Assembly (NCBI GenBank): GCA_016220005.1
Contig: JACRIV010000027.1
Span: 11,151 to 75,150, forward strand
From: Deltaproteobacteria bacterium
GTDB lineage: Bacteria; Desulfobacterota; Deferrimicrobia; Deferrimicrobiales; Deferrimicrobiaceae
DNA: 64,000 nucleotides
Direction: 5' to 3'
The position numbers were made by a program, and so were the translations under genes. Shown here in pieces: positions 1 through 9,285 of this stretch. Under the pieces are notes generated by a model. The model was not told the DNA's origin and ran no database searches. It worked only from the letters and a program-made list of their open reading frames with translations. Positions within the stretch are counted from its first letter, which is position 1; every line of letters starts with the position of its first letter.

Positions 1-505
1 CGGCGAAGGCGTTCATCCCCTGCGTCTCCATGACGTACACGCGAGGCATGGGCAGCCCCGAGGCGATCCGCATCTCCTCGACGACGTTCAGGAGCTGCCT
101 GTGCCGAGAGGGGTCGGCCTCGCGGGCGTCGTGGATCGAAAGGACGATCGAGGATCCGCTGAAATAGGCGGTTGCGGCCAGGATCGCGTACAGGACGAGG
201 GCGAGAGAAAGCCCCAGCCCGAAGCTTCCGTACGCCTTCCCGATGATCCCGCCCACGCCGAAGAAGGCGGCGAGCAGCAGGAGGAAGAGGAGCTGCGACA
301 TGCGGACGTTGCGGGCGGCGGCCTCGTCGAACGGGAGCATGGGGACAAGGCGCGATGCCCGGCCCCCTCGCGCTCGGACATCCCTGTCCTCGCTCCCCGC
401 GAGGGAGGAGACCCCTTTATGCACGAAGGCTTCCTGGCACAGGTTGCAGTAGGCCGCGTCCTCCCGGTTCACGGTGCCGCATCTCGGGCAGATCTGTCCC
501 GCCAC
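1..505 (-). CDS. htpX: M48 (HtpX-like) zinc metalloprotease with N-terminal zinc ribbon; 3' part runs off the window
   Basis: Manual translation from GTG at 505: VAGQICPRCGTVNREDAAYCNLC, two hydrophobic helices, then RQLLNVVEEMRIASGLPMPRVYVMETQGMNAFA (typical HtpX region before HExxH). Directly downstream of lemA. Confidence 0.8.
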   Translation of the reverse strand, partial: MAGQICPRCGTVNREDAAYCNLCQEAFVHKGVSSLAGSEDRDVRARGGRASRLVPMLPFDEAAARNVRMSQLLFLLLLAAFFGVGGIIGKAYGSFGLGLSLALVLYAILAATAYFSGSSIVLSIHDAREADPSRHRQLLNVVEEMRIASGLPMPRVYVMETQGMNAFA

Positions 506-512
506 TATGAGT

Positions 513-1061
513 TTACCGGAGGTCGGCCTTCGGGACGGCGCGGGCCTCCTCGCCCGCCTCGAAGTATTCCGTGAGGCGGAAGTCGAAGACCTGGGCGATG
601 AGGTTGGAGGGGATGGACTGGATCGTGTTGTTGTACGTCATGACGGAGTCGTTGTAGTACTGCCGCGCGAAGGAGATCTTGTTCTCCGTCGCCGTGAGCT
701 CCTCCTGGAGAGACGCGACGCTCTGGTTGGCCTTGAGGTCGGGGTAGTTCTCCACGACGGCGAAGAGGCTCTTCAGGGACTCCGTCAGGGCGTTCTCGGC
801 CTTGGCCTGCGCGGCCGTACCCCTGGCTTCGATCGCGGCCCCCCGCGCCGCGATCACCTTGCCGAGCGTCTCCTGCTCGTAGGACATGTAGTCCTTGACG
901 ATTTCGACGAGGTTGGGTATGAGATCGTAACGCCGCTTGAGCTGGACGTCGATCTGCTTCCACGCGTTCGCGAACCGGTTCCGCAACCGGACGAGCCGGT
1001 TGTACGTCAGCACGAACCAAGCAACCGCGGCCACGACGAGAATCCCGGGAATCCAGGCCAT
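513..1061 (-). CDS. lemA: LemA family protein
   Basis: N-terminal TM helix, YNRLVRLRN..AWKQIDVQLKRRYDLIPNLV, ENYPDLKA, ENKISFARQYYND motifs. Confidence 0.93.
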   Translation of the reverse strand: MAWIPGILVVAAVAWFVLTYNRLVRLRNRFANAWKQIDVQLKRRYDLIPNLVEIVKDYMSYEQETLGKVIAARGAAIEARGTAAQAKAENALTESLKSLFAVVENYPDLKANQSVASLQEELTATENKISFARQYYNDSVMTYNNTIQSIPSNLIAQVFDFRLTEYFEAGEEARAVPKADLR

Positions 1062-1205
1062 TTGGCGCTCCCCCGAAAGCGTTTTTCCGGCGCAGGAGTA
1101 TTTCCCGGCCAGTCTATCGGATGTATTATGGATGTCAAACGAAAAGCAGGGCAATTTCCAGTCCCGACAAGGGTTTGCGGCCCGCCGCCGTGCGGGGGGA
1201 GGACG

Positions 1206-3572
1206 ATGATCGCACATCCGGGCGCAAGAAGCTTGAAGATCTCTTCCGAAAGGGATAGGGGGAAGGATCGGCCGTCCTTTCCGGAGCTCCTGGCGCCCGC
1301 CGGCTCCGCGGAAGCCTACTTCGCCGCCGTCTCGGCGGGGGCGGACGCCGTCTACCTCGGCCTCGAGAAATTCAGCGCCCGGGAGCGGGCGGAGAATTTC
1401 ACCCTCGAGGAATTGTGCAGGGTCCTGCCGCACTCCAAGGCGCACGGGGTGCGGGTCTACCTCGCGATGAACACGCTTCTCACGGAGGCGGACCTCCCCG
1501 AGGCGATCTCGCTGCTCCACCAGGTGGCGCCGTTGTCCCCCGATGGAGTCATCGTCCAGGACCTGGGCCTCCTGCGCATCGTCCGCGAGTATTTCCCCGG
1601 GCTTCCCATCCATGTCAGCACCCAGGCCGGATGCGCCTCGGCCTCGGCCGCCGCCGAGTTCGCGCGGCTGGGGGGCCAGCGGGTGATCCTCGAGCGCCAC
1701 CTGACTCTCGACGAGGTCCGCCGGATCGTTCCCCGGGCACCCGTGGGGATCGAGATTTTCGTTCACGGCGCGATGTGCTATTCCTATTCGGGAAAATGCT
1801 TCTTCTCCTCCTTCCTCGGGGGCAAGAGCGGGAACCGCGGGGCGTGCGTGCAGCCTTGCCGTCGGCTCTATGGACACCCCGGTGGCGAGGAGGCGGTCTT
1901 CTCGACGCGCGATCTTTCTCTCATCGACCGGCTCCCGGAGCTGGTGAAGCTGGGCTTCACCGCATTCAAGATCGAAGGGCGGATGCGCAGCGCCGAGTAC
2001 GTGGCGGGCGTCGTCTCCGCATACCGGGCGGCCCTTGACCTCATCCGCGAGGGGAAGCCGGCGGAGGGAGTCGCGGAGGGAAGGAAGATCCTTGCCGAAG
2101 TGATCGGGCGGGAAGAAACGCCGGGCCTGACCGGCGGGGCGGCCCCCGGCGAGGTCGTCGCCGGCGGAAGCACGGGGAACGTGGGAGAACCGCTGGGCGC
2201 CATACGGGACGTCCGGGAGGGATGGGCGTTCATTCCGGGGAGCGTCGCCGTGTCGCGGGGGGACAGGCTCCGCGTCCAGTTCCAGTCCGACGGGTCGGGG
2301 AAGGGGTTCACGGCGCTCTCGATGCGGGCCGATGCGGGCGGCCTCTACGTCAAGGCGCCCTTTCCCGTCTCCCCCGGAGACCTCCTGTTCCGCGTGGGCG
2401 GAGGCGGACGAGCCGTGCTGACCCGCCGGGCGAAAAGAGAGATGGAGGCGATCCTCTCGGGAGGGCTGGGATTCCGGGTCGTCGTCGGAGATGGACTGGT
2501 GGCCATCGAAGCGGCTTACGGGAAAGTGAAGAGGTCGTTCTCCTTCCGCGTCTCGGGGGGGAGCGGCGCCGCCGCGGGGCGGCTTCCTCCCGACGCCGAG
2601 GCGAGGCTTCGGAGCGCCTGCCGCTGCGACCTCCCCTTCAGTGAGATCCGCGTCGAAGGGCACGGCGCGACGGTTTCCTGGCCGGACGTGGAGGCCCTGT
2701 TCGTGAAGGCCGCCAGGAAGTTCGACAAGGATTTCTACCTTTCCGGCAAGGAGCTCCGCCTCTCCATCCTCCCGGCGCTCCGGGTCTCCGGGAACCGGCG
2801 GGAGAAGGTCCCGGCGGTCTTCTTCACGGGATGCCTCCCCGATCAGCTTGCGCACCTTCCGCGGGGCGAGGAAATCGTCCCCGTGGTGGAATTCACACGG
2901 GGGCTTGCGAGGGACCCCGCGCCGGCCGGGCGCGGCCCGTTCCGCGACCGTACTTATCTCCGCCTGGCGCCCCCGTTCCTCGAAAGCGACGCCGCGTTTC
3001 TCAGGCGGACCGTCAGGGAGGCGGTCCTCAAGGGGCACCGCCGCTGGGTGGTTTCCGACGTGGGCCACTTCGCGCTCTTCGCGGGGTTCGACCTGCGGCG
3101 CGAGGTGACCCTGATCAGCGACCATTACCTGTACGGTTTCAACATGGGGGCGCTCTCCGTCCTGTCCCGCCTGGGCGCCTCCCGGATGGTCCTCCCCATC
3201 GAGGCGCCGCTTTCCGCCCTGCGCGCGGTGGGGAAATACCTGCACGGCCTGGGGATCGCCGTGGCCTACGCCGCCGTGCCCCTGATGATCTCCCACCTCG
3301 TTCCCGCCGCCGGGGTCCGGGGGGAGGTCGTGAGCCCCAGGGCGGAGCGGTTCGCGGTCGAGGCCGACGACCGCGGGTCGACCGTCCGTCCGGACCGGCC
3401 GTTCTCCGCCTCGGGCTCTCTCCACGAGATCCGAGCCGCGGGGATCCAGGATTTCTACGTGGACCTGCATGCCGTCCCCCACGAAGGGATCGGGCCGCTC
3501 TTCGACGCGCTGCTCTCCGACAGGGAGATCCCCGGCGCCTCCACCTTCAACCTCTTCCGGGGAAACTTCTAG
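1206..3572 (+). CDS. Peptidase U32 family protein (RlhA/TrhP-like Fe-S hydroxylation factor) with long C-terminal extension
   Basis: PELLAPAG, GADAVYLG, HGAMCYSYSGKC..NRGACVQPCR, FKIEGRMRS motifs; start uncertain (1206 ATG or 1233 TTG). Confidence 0.85.
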   Translation: MIAHPGARSLKISSERDRGKDRPSFPELLAPAGSAEAYFAAVSAGADAVYLGLEKFSARERAENFTLEELCRVLPHSKAHGVRVYLAMNTLLTEADLPEAISLLHQVAPLSPDGVIVQDLGLLRIVREYFPGLPIHVSTQAGCASASAAAEFARLGGQRVILERHLTLDEVRRIVPRAPVGIEIFVHGAMCYSYSGKCFFSSFLGGKSGNRGACVQPCRRLYGHPGGEEAVFSTRDLSLIDRLPELVKLGFTAFKIEGRMRSAEYVAGVVSAYRAALDLIREGKPAEGVAEGRKILAEVIGREETPGLTGGAAPGEVVAGGSTGNVGEPLGAIRDVREGWAFIPGSVAVSRGDRLRVQFQSDGSGKGFTALSMRADAGGLYVKAPFPVSPGDLLFRVGGGGRAVLTRRAKREMEAILSGGLGFRVVVGDGLVAIEAAYGKVKRSFSFRVSGGSGAAAGRLPPDAEARLRSACRCDLPFSEIRVEGHGATVSWPDVEALFVKAARKFDKDFYLSGKELRLSILPALRVSGNRREKVPAVFFTGCLPDQLAHLPRGEEIVPVVEFTRGLARDPAPAGRGPFRDRTYLRLAPPFLESDAAFLRRTVREAVLKGHRRWVVSDVGHFALFAGFDLRREVTLISDHYLYGFNMGALSVLSRLGASRMVLPIEAPLSALRAVGKYLHGLGIAVAYAAVPLMISHLVPAAGVRGEVVSPRAERFAVEADDRGSTVRPDRPFSASGSLHEIRAAGIQDFYVDLHAVPHEGIGPLFDALLSDREIPGASTFNLFRGNF

Positions 3573-3735
3573 TGCACCGTCTCGTAAATAGCTTGAAGCA
3601 CCGAGAGCGTCGATGCGCCGCGCCAGCGAGGCGCGCGACTGAGGCATACTTTTAAGTATGGTGAACGAGCACAACGAAGCTGGAGCGGATGCAGCGGCGC
3701 TCGAATGCCAAGATATTTGCGAGACGGTGCACTAG
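3569..3735. mobile_element. MITE-like non-autonomous element with 22-bp terminal inverted repeats bounded by CTAG
   Basis: CTAGTGCACCGTCTCGTAAATA ... TATTTGCGAGACGGTGCACTAG (21/22 match); internal hairpin CATACTT-TT-AAGTATG. Confidence 0.75.
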
Positions 3736-3736
3736 G

Positions 3737-5758
3737 TTGGCCCCGCTTTCGAAGGTCCGCAATATCGGGATCATCGCCCACATCGACGCCGGGAAGACCA
3801 CGTTCACCGAGCGGGTCCTGTTCTACTCGGGGGTCACCCATCGGATGGGCGAGGTCCACGAGGGCGACGCCCAGATGGACTACCTGCCGCAGGAGCGGGA
3901 GCGGGGGATCACGATTACGGCGGCGGTCACCCAATTCCAGTGGCTCGGGGCGGAGGTCCACCTGATCGACACCCCCGGGCACGTGGATTTCACGATCGAG
4001 GTGGAACGGTCGCTCCGAGTGCTGGACGGGGCCGTGGTGATCTTCGAGGGCGTGGCCGGCGTGGAGGCCCAGTCGGAAATGGTGTGGAGGCAGGCCGATC
4101 GTCACGGTATCCCTCGGGTCGCGTTCATCAACAAGCTCGACCGGCCGGGGGCCGATTTCGACCGGGTGATCCGGGAGATGAAGGAGAGGCTCTCCGCCCG
4201 GGGGGTCCCGGTGACGGCACCGCTGCACGGCGACGGGGCATTCCGGGCGGTGGCGGACCTGGTCACGATGGAGCGCGTCGAGTTTTCGGAGAACGGGCAC
4301 GGCCAGGAGGTCCGGAGGACGCTTCTCGCGGAGGAGGACAGGCGTCTTGTAGCCCGGCACCGCGAGGCGCTTCTTGAGGCCGCGGCGGACGCGGATGACC
4401 GGGTCGCCGAGATGTACCTCGGGGGGGAGGAGATCCCGCCCTCCATGCTCCGCGCGGCGATCCGGAAAGGGACGCTCGCCAACCGCTTCTTCCCCGTGTT
4501 CGCCGGCGCGGCGCTGCGCAACAAGGGGGTGCAGCCGGTCATGGACGGAATCGTGCAGTTCCTCCCCTCGCCGCTGGAAAGGCCTGCCGCTTCGGGGGAC
4601 GATCCCCGCACCGGAGTCCCGACCCGGCGGGAGCCTTCGCCTTCCGCGCCCTTCTCGGCGCTGGTGTTCAAGGTGGTGATCGAGGAAGGCCGCCGGACGG
4701 TCTACATTCGAATCTACTCCGGGAAGGTGAATGAGGGGGATCTCCTCCTCAATGCCTCCACCGGTGAGCAGGAGAAGGTCGCGCGGCTCTTCCGCATGCA
4801 CGCGGGGAAGAAGGAGAGGATTCTCGCGGCGACGGCCGGGGAGATCGTTGCGGCGAGGGGAGTCAAGTCCGCCCGCACGGGAGACACGCTCTGCGACCCC
4901 GCGGCGCCCATCCTCCTCGAGCCGATAGAGATCCGCAGGCCCGTGGTGTCGATCGCCGTGGAGCCCAGGACGCTCCGGGACATTGACCGCCTCCGGGACA
5001 CGCTTGCGGCGATCATGGACGAGGACCCGACGCTTGCGAGCAAGGAGGACGCCGACACCGGACAGATCATCCTGTCCGGGATGGGGGAGCTCCACCTGGA
5101 TATCCTGGTGGACCGCCTCGCCAGGGACTTCGGGCTCGCGGTCCGCACGGGGAAGCCGCAGGTCGTCTATCGGGAGACGATCGCCGAAACGGCGAGCGCG
5201 GAGACGGTCTTCGAGCGGGAGATCGCGGAGCGGCTGGTGAGCGTGAAGATCGCCCTTTCGGTCCAGCCGGGGCCGCGCGGTTCGGGGGTGAAGATCTCGG
5301 ACCGGCTGCGGATGCTCTCCCTGCCCCAGGAGGCGGCCGATGCCGTGGAGCAGGGGATCCGGGAGGGGACGTTCGCGGGCGTCCTGGGCTACCCGGTGGA
5401 CGACGTGGCGGTGGAGGTCGCCCACGTGGAGTTCCTCTCCGGCACGGCATCGCCCCTGGCCGCCAGGGTAGCCGCGGTGAAGGCGTTCCTCTCCGCGTAC
5501 GAGAAGGGGAAGCCGTACCTGCTGGAACCGGTCATGGAGGTGGAGGTCAACGTGCCCGACGAGTTCCTGGGCGGGGTCATCGGCGACATCAACGCGCGCC
5601 GGGGGCGGATCACCCTCGTGGACCGGAGGCAGGACGCGAGCCTCCTTTCCGCCGCGGTCCCTCTCAGGGAGATGTTCGGGTACGTGACGGCCCTGCGTTC
5701 CCTGTCGCAGGGGCGGGGCATCCATAGGATGAAGTTCTCCCATTACGATAAGGCATGA
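3737..5758 (+). CDS. fusA: Elongation factor G paralog (EF-G2-like), not in an str operon
   Basis: AHIDAGKTT, QERERGITI, DTPGH, NKLD, GMGELHL, LLEPVM motifs; likely TTG start at 3737 just after the MITE. Confidence 0.88.
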   Translation: MAPLSKVRNIGIIAHIDAGKTTFTERVLFYSGVTHRMGEVHEGDAQMDYLPQERERGITITAAVTQFQWLGAEVHLIDTPGHVDFTIEVERSLRVLDGAVVIFEGVAGVEAQSEMVWRQADRHGIPRVAFINKLDRPGADFDRVIREMKERLSARGVPVTAPLHGDGAFRAVADLVTMERVEFSENGHGQEVRRTLLAEEDRRLVARHREALLEAAADADDRVAEMYLGGEEIPPSMLRAAIRKGTLANRFFPVFAGAALRNKGVQPVMDGIVQFLPSPLERPAASGDDPRTGVPTRREPSPSAPFSALVFKVVIEEGRRTVYIRIYSGKVNEGDLLLNASTGEQEKVARLFRMHAGKKERILAATAGEIVAARGVKSARTGDTLCDPAAPILLEPIEIRRPVVSIAVEPRTLRDIDRLRDTLAAIMDEDPTLASKEDADTGQIILSGMGELHLDILVDRLARDFGLAVRTGKPQVVYRETIAETASAETVFEREIAERLVSVKIALSVQPGPRGSGVKISDRLRMLSLPQEAADAVEQGIREGTFAGVLGYPVDDVAVEVAHVEFLSGTASPLAARVAAVKAFLSAYEKGKPYLLEPVMEVEVNVPDEFLGGVIGDINARRGRITLVDRRQDASLLSAAVPLREMFGYVTALRSLSQGRGIHRMKFSHYDKA

Positions 5759-5837
5759 GGAAGAGGGAGGCGGCATGTCGAACGACAATGGAGGGATACC
5801 TTGACGCGCGATATAAGCGCCATACAAGGAGGACGCC

Positions 5838-7109
5838 ATGGACGATTTCATGCTCGATGAGACGGCACGCATGATCCGCGACAAGGTACGGGAGTTCGTC
5901 AAGAACGACGTGGATCCGGAGTACCTTCGGCGGATGGACCGGGACGAGATCCGCTATCCGCGGGAGCTGTACGAGGCGTACGCCCGGCACCAGCTGCTCG
6001 GGCTCCGTTTCCCGAAGGAGTACGGCGGCCGGGAGATGAACTGGGTGGCGGAGTGCGCGGCGATGGAGGAAATCGGCTATCTTGGAACGGCCGCCGGCTG
6101 CTCCTTCGTCATGCCTTCCATCGTCGGCGAGGCGCTCACCAAATTCGGCACGGAGGAGCAGAAGCGGAAGTATCTCAGGCCGATGTTGCAGGGAAAGCTC
6201 GTCGCCGCCGAAGCGCTCACCGAGCCGCGCGGCGGGTCGGACTTCTTCGGCGCCTCCAGCCGCGCGAAGGACATGGGGGATCACTTCGTGGTCAGCGGCA
6301 TGAAACGGTTCATCGTCGGCGCGGAAGGGGCGGACTTCTTCTTCGCGTATGTCCGCACCAACCTCGAGGAAAACGCGCCGGTACAGGCGCGCATCAGCGC
6401 CATGCTCATCGACCGCGGCCCGGGTGTGGAGGTCAAGTATCTGTACGGCCTCATGGGCACGCGCGGCGGCGGGACCGGACGGGTGGTGTTCCGCGACGTC
6501 AAGGTGCCCAAGGCCAACCTCGTCGGCCCGCTCCACGGCGGGGCGCTGGTGTTCAATACGATGATGATCCCGGAGCGCCTGACGAGCGCCGCCCCGTGCG
6601 CCGGCGGCATGAAGGCGGCGCTGGATGTCGCCATGAACTACGCCGACCGCCGCAAGGCCTTCGGGCGGCCGATCCGGAAGTTCCAGGCGGTGAGCTTCAT
6701 GATCGCCCGGGCGCAGACGCTCATCGACGCCAGCCGCGCAACGGTCTACCAGGCCGCCCGCGCCGCCGACGCGGGCGCCCCCAACCTGCGCCGGATCGTG
6801 TCGGAAACGAAGAAGTTCGTCACCGAAGCCGCGTGGGAGGTAGTCAACGTCGCGATGCAGGTGACGGGAGGCATCGGGTACACCGACGTGTACCCGATCG
6901 AGCGCGCCGTGCGCGACATGCGGCTGGCGCAGATCTGGACCGGCACCAACGAGATCATGAGCGCCATGATCCAGCATGACCTGTACGAGGAGTTCCGCAC
7001 CGAGCGCGGCCGCTACCGCGACTTCGAAAAGGACGCCATGCACGACGACGCGTCGGAGAAGATCTTCGATGACGATGATATGTGGAAGGTCTATGAGGTA
7101 GAGGCATGA
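5838..7109 (+). CDS. Acyl-CoA dehydrogenase family protein
   Basis: ALTEPRGGSD, SGMKRFI, RKAFGRPI..FQ, GGIGYT..YPIER..RD..I.TGTNEI; SD AAGGAGG. Confidence 0.92.
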   Translation: MDDFMLDETARMIRDKVREFVKNDVDPEYLRRMDRDEIRYPRELYEAYARHQLLGLRFPKEYGGREMNWVAECAAMEEIGYLGTAAGCSFVMPSIVGEALTKFGTEEQKRKYLRPMLQGKLVAAEALTEPRGGSDFFGASSRAKDMGDHFVVSGMKRFIVGAEGADFFFAYVRTNLEENAPVQARISAMLIDRGPGVEVKYLYGLMGTRGGGTGRVVFRDVKVPKANLVGPLHGGALVFNTMMIPERLTSAAPCAGGMKAALDVAMNYADRRKAFGRPIRKFQAVSFMIARAQTLIDASRATVYQAARAADAGAPNLRRIVSETKKFVTEAAWEVVNVAMQVTGGIGYTDVYPIERAVRDMRLAQIWTGTNEIMSAMIQHDLYEEFRTERGRYRDFEKDAMHDDASEKIFDDDDMWKVYEVEA

Positions 7110-7576
7110 AGGTGTTCGACGAGGAGTTCTACAAGGACCGCGTGAACGCGTTCCCCTTCGTGAAGCTCATGGGGATGCGGCTCCTTTCCTCGGGCGGCGG
7201 GAAGAGCGTCATGGAGTGCCGGATCCGGCCGATCCTTAAGAACTCGGGGGGGACCCTCCACGGCGGGGTGATGGGGGCCCTGGTCGACATGTCGGTCGCC
7301 ACCGCGCTGCGGAGCGTGATGCCGCTGTCCTCGAAGATGACCACGGTGGAGTACAAGGTGAACTTCCTCAAGCCCGTATCGGAGGGGAAGGTCACAGCGC
7401 ACGGCAACATCCTGCGGCTCGGCAGGACGATCGCGGTGGGGGCCACGGAGATCCGGAACGACGCGGGGGAAACGGTTGCCTTCGGGTCGGCCACCTACTA
7501 TATCCTGAACGTCCGGTCCCAGGCGGAAGGTCCTGCTATAATGAAGGGGAAAACGGGGCGGGGGAGGAAACGGTAG
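7106..7576 (+). CDS. PaaI family (hotdog) thioesterase
   Basis: NSGGTLHGGVMGALVD, TTVEYKVNFLKP; ATGA overlap with upstream gene. Confidence 0.9.
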   Translation: MKVFDEEFYKDRVNAFPFVKLMGMRLLSSGGGKSVMECRIRPILKNSGGTLHGGVMGALVDMSVATALRSVMPLSSKMTTVEYKVNFLKPVSEGKVTAHGNILRLGRTIAVGATEIRNDAGETVAFGSATYYILNVRSQAEGPAIMKGKTGRGRKR

Positions 7577-7792
7577 ATGACCAGGGAAGGGCCGATCAGG
7601 CCGGACATGATCGTCGGGGAGGTGCTTAAGGACTATCCCGGCCTGCGGGGGAAGATCCGGGAGTTCTTCGGCTCGGAATGCCTGCAGTGCCGTTCGAACA
7701 AGTCGGAGACGATCACCTACACGTCGTGGCACAGGGGTCTCGACCCCCAGCAGGTCTGCAGGGAGCTGAACTCGATCCTCGGGGAAAAATAG
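7577..7792 (+). CDS. Small DUF1858-like protein with CxxC
   Basis: DMIVGEVLKDYP..FFGSECLQC..ETI..HRGLD..ELN pattern; directly abuts the thioesterase gene. Confidence 0.65.
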   Translation: MTREGPIRPDMIVGEVLKDYPGLRGKIREFFGSECLQCRSNKSETITYTSWHRGLDPQQVCRELNSILGEK

Positions 7793-7844
7793 GGCGTCGC
7801 TTTGCCGTACCGCTCTTTCCGGATGAGAAAGGGGGGGAACCAAC

Positions 7845-8375
7845 CTGGAGGAACCTGCGGCGCTCATCGCCGAGGAGACGATCCAGGCGCGGGTGACGGA
7901 GCTGGCTCGCCGGATCTCGGCGGATTATGCGGGCGTCGACGAGCTGCTCCTGGTCGGCGTCCTGCGGGGCTGCTACATCTTCCTCGCCGACCTGTCCAGG
8001 CGCCTGACGATCCCCAGGCGCATCGACTTCATTTCCCTTGCCTCCTACGGGCAGACCGCGACCTCGACGGGGGCCGTGCGCCTCATCATGGATCTGCGGA
8101 CCGACATCGCGGGGAAGCACGTCCTGATCGTCGAGGACATCGTCGACACCGGGTTCACCCTCGACTACCTGATGTCCATCCTGGTGCCGCGCAGGCCGGC
8201 ATCCCTGAAGACCTGCGCACTGCTTCGCAAGCCGGACCGGCTCAGGAAGGACGTGAAGATCGATTACCTGGGATTCGACATCCCCGACGTGTGGGTGGTG
8301 GGATACGGGCTCGACTATCGCGACATGTATCGCGCCCTTCCCTGCATCGCCGTAGTGAAGGCCGGCGGGGGATGA
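7845..8375 (+). CDS. hpt: Hypoxanthine phosphoribosyltransferase
   Basis: VGVLRG, VLIVEDIVDTGFTL (PRPP-binding), VVGYGLDY motifs; start ambiguous (see findings). Confidence 0.92.
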   Translation: MEEPAALIAEETIQARVTELARRISADYAGVDELLLVGVLRGCYIFLADLSRRLTIPRRIDFISLASYGQTATSTGAVRLIMDLRTDIAGKHVLIVEDIVDTGFTLDYLMSILVPRRPASLKTCALLRKPDRLRKDVKIDYLGFDIPDVWVVGYGLDYRDMYRALPCIAVVKAGGG

Positions 8376-8385
8376 GAGGGAGGGG

Positions 8386-9273
8386 TCACGCTCTCGCCGC
8401 GTACCGGTCCCCCTGGCGGGCCGCGTCCCCCCGCGCGAGCATCCCTTCCAGGTGCTTGGATAGAAGCGCCCATTCCCCGTAGTCGAACCATGGACCCGCG
8501 TGCCCCTCGCCGTAGAGTATCCGCCGGGCGATGATCTCCTGCCTGCTGCGGGGACGGCGCAGGAAGTCCCTCAAGGCGTCCTCGCGGCGGTCGATGCAGG
8601 AAAGGTACGCGGCGATCTTCGGGCCGATGTCTCCCCGGTGGACCGCCTCCTCGTGGGAGACGACGTTGACCGGGGCGCCGATCTCCGCAAGCAGCCTGGC
8701 CGACCGGCGGAACGTCTCGATGCTCCCGGGCTTGTCCCCGTACCACGGTCCGAACGCCGTGAGGTCGTAATCGCCCAGGAACAGGATCCCCTCGGAAGGG
8801 AAATGGAGACACAGGTGGCCGGGCGTATGCCCCGGCGCGACGACGGCCACCGCCTCGGTGCGGCCGAAGTGGAGGCGCTCCCCGTCCGCGATCCGGCGGG
8901 CGACCCTGCGGGCGGCGAAGGAGAACTTCTCGGCAAGGAGCGTCCTGAAGAAATATTCCCATTCCGACCCCGCCACGCCGTAGCGGTCCAGCAGCGTCTC
9001 GAAGGATTCCAGGGCGGAGGCGTCCGCCTCGGAGCTCCACACGTCCACGTCCGGGAGCATGTGGAGAAAGAGGAAGTGGTCCTCGTGATAGTGGGTCATC
9101 ACGACGGCCGCAAGTCCCTCCTCCTTCTTCAGGCGGAGGATGTCCTGGAGGTCCGAGCCGCAGTCGATCAGAACGCCGCCGCCGTCCTTCACGTACAGCG
9201 AGTGGGCGTACGGGTAGCGTCCTCCCTTGCCCCCTTCGACGAGCCAGATCCGGTCGGCAAGCCGCTGGATCAT
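8386..9273 (-). CDS. MBL-fold metallo-hydrolase
   Basis: THYHEDH, PGHTPGH, LFLGD motifs; SD GGAGG before ATG at 9273. Confidence 0.88.
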   Translation of the reverse strand: MIQRLADRIWLVEGGKGGRYPYAHSLYVKDGGGVLIDCGSDLQDILRLKKEEGLAAVVMTHYHEDHFLFLHMLPDVDVWSSEADASALESFETLLDRYGVAGSEWEYFFRTLLAEKFSFAARRVARRIADGERLHFGRTEAVAVVAPGHTPGHLCLHFPSEGILFLGDYDLTAFGPWYGDKPGSIETFRRSARLLAEIGAPVNVVSHEEAVHRGDIGPKIAAYLSCIDRREDALRDFLRRPRSRQEIIARRILYGEGHAGPWFDYGEWALLSKHLEGMLARGDAARQGDRYAARA

Positions 9274-9285
9274 CCCTCCACCTCC

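Noticed and set aside
474..5902. Very long overlapping or antisense ORFs in the track (e.g. 513-3674 minus, 3569-5902 minus, the extension of 474-3572, and many similar ones across the window)
   Set aside because: Shadow ORFs of high-GC coding DNA; they have no motifs and the opposite strand carries recognisable genes.
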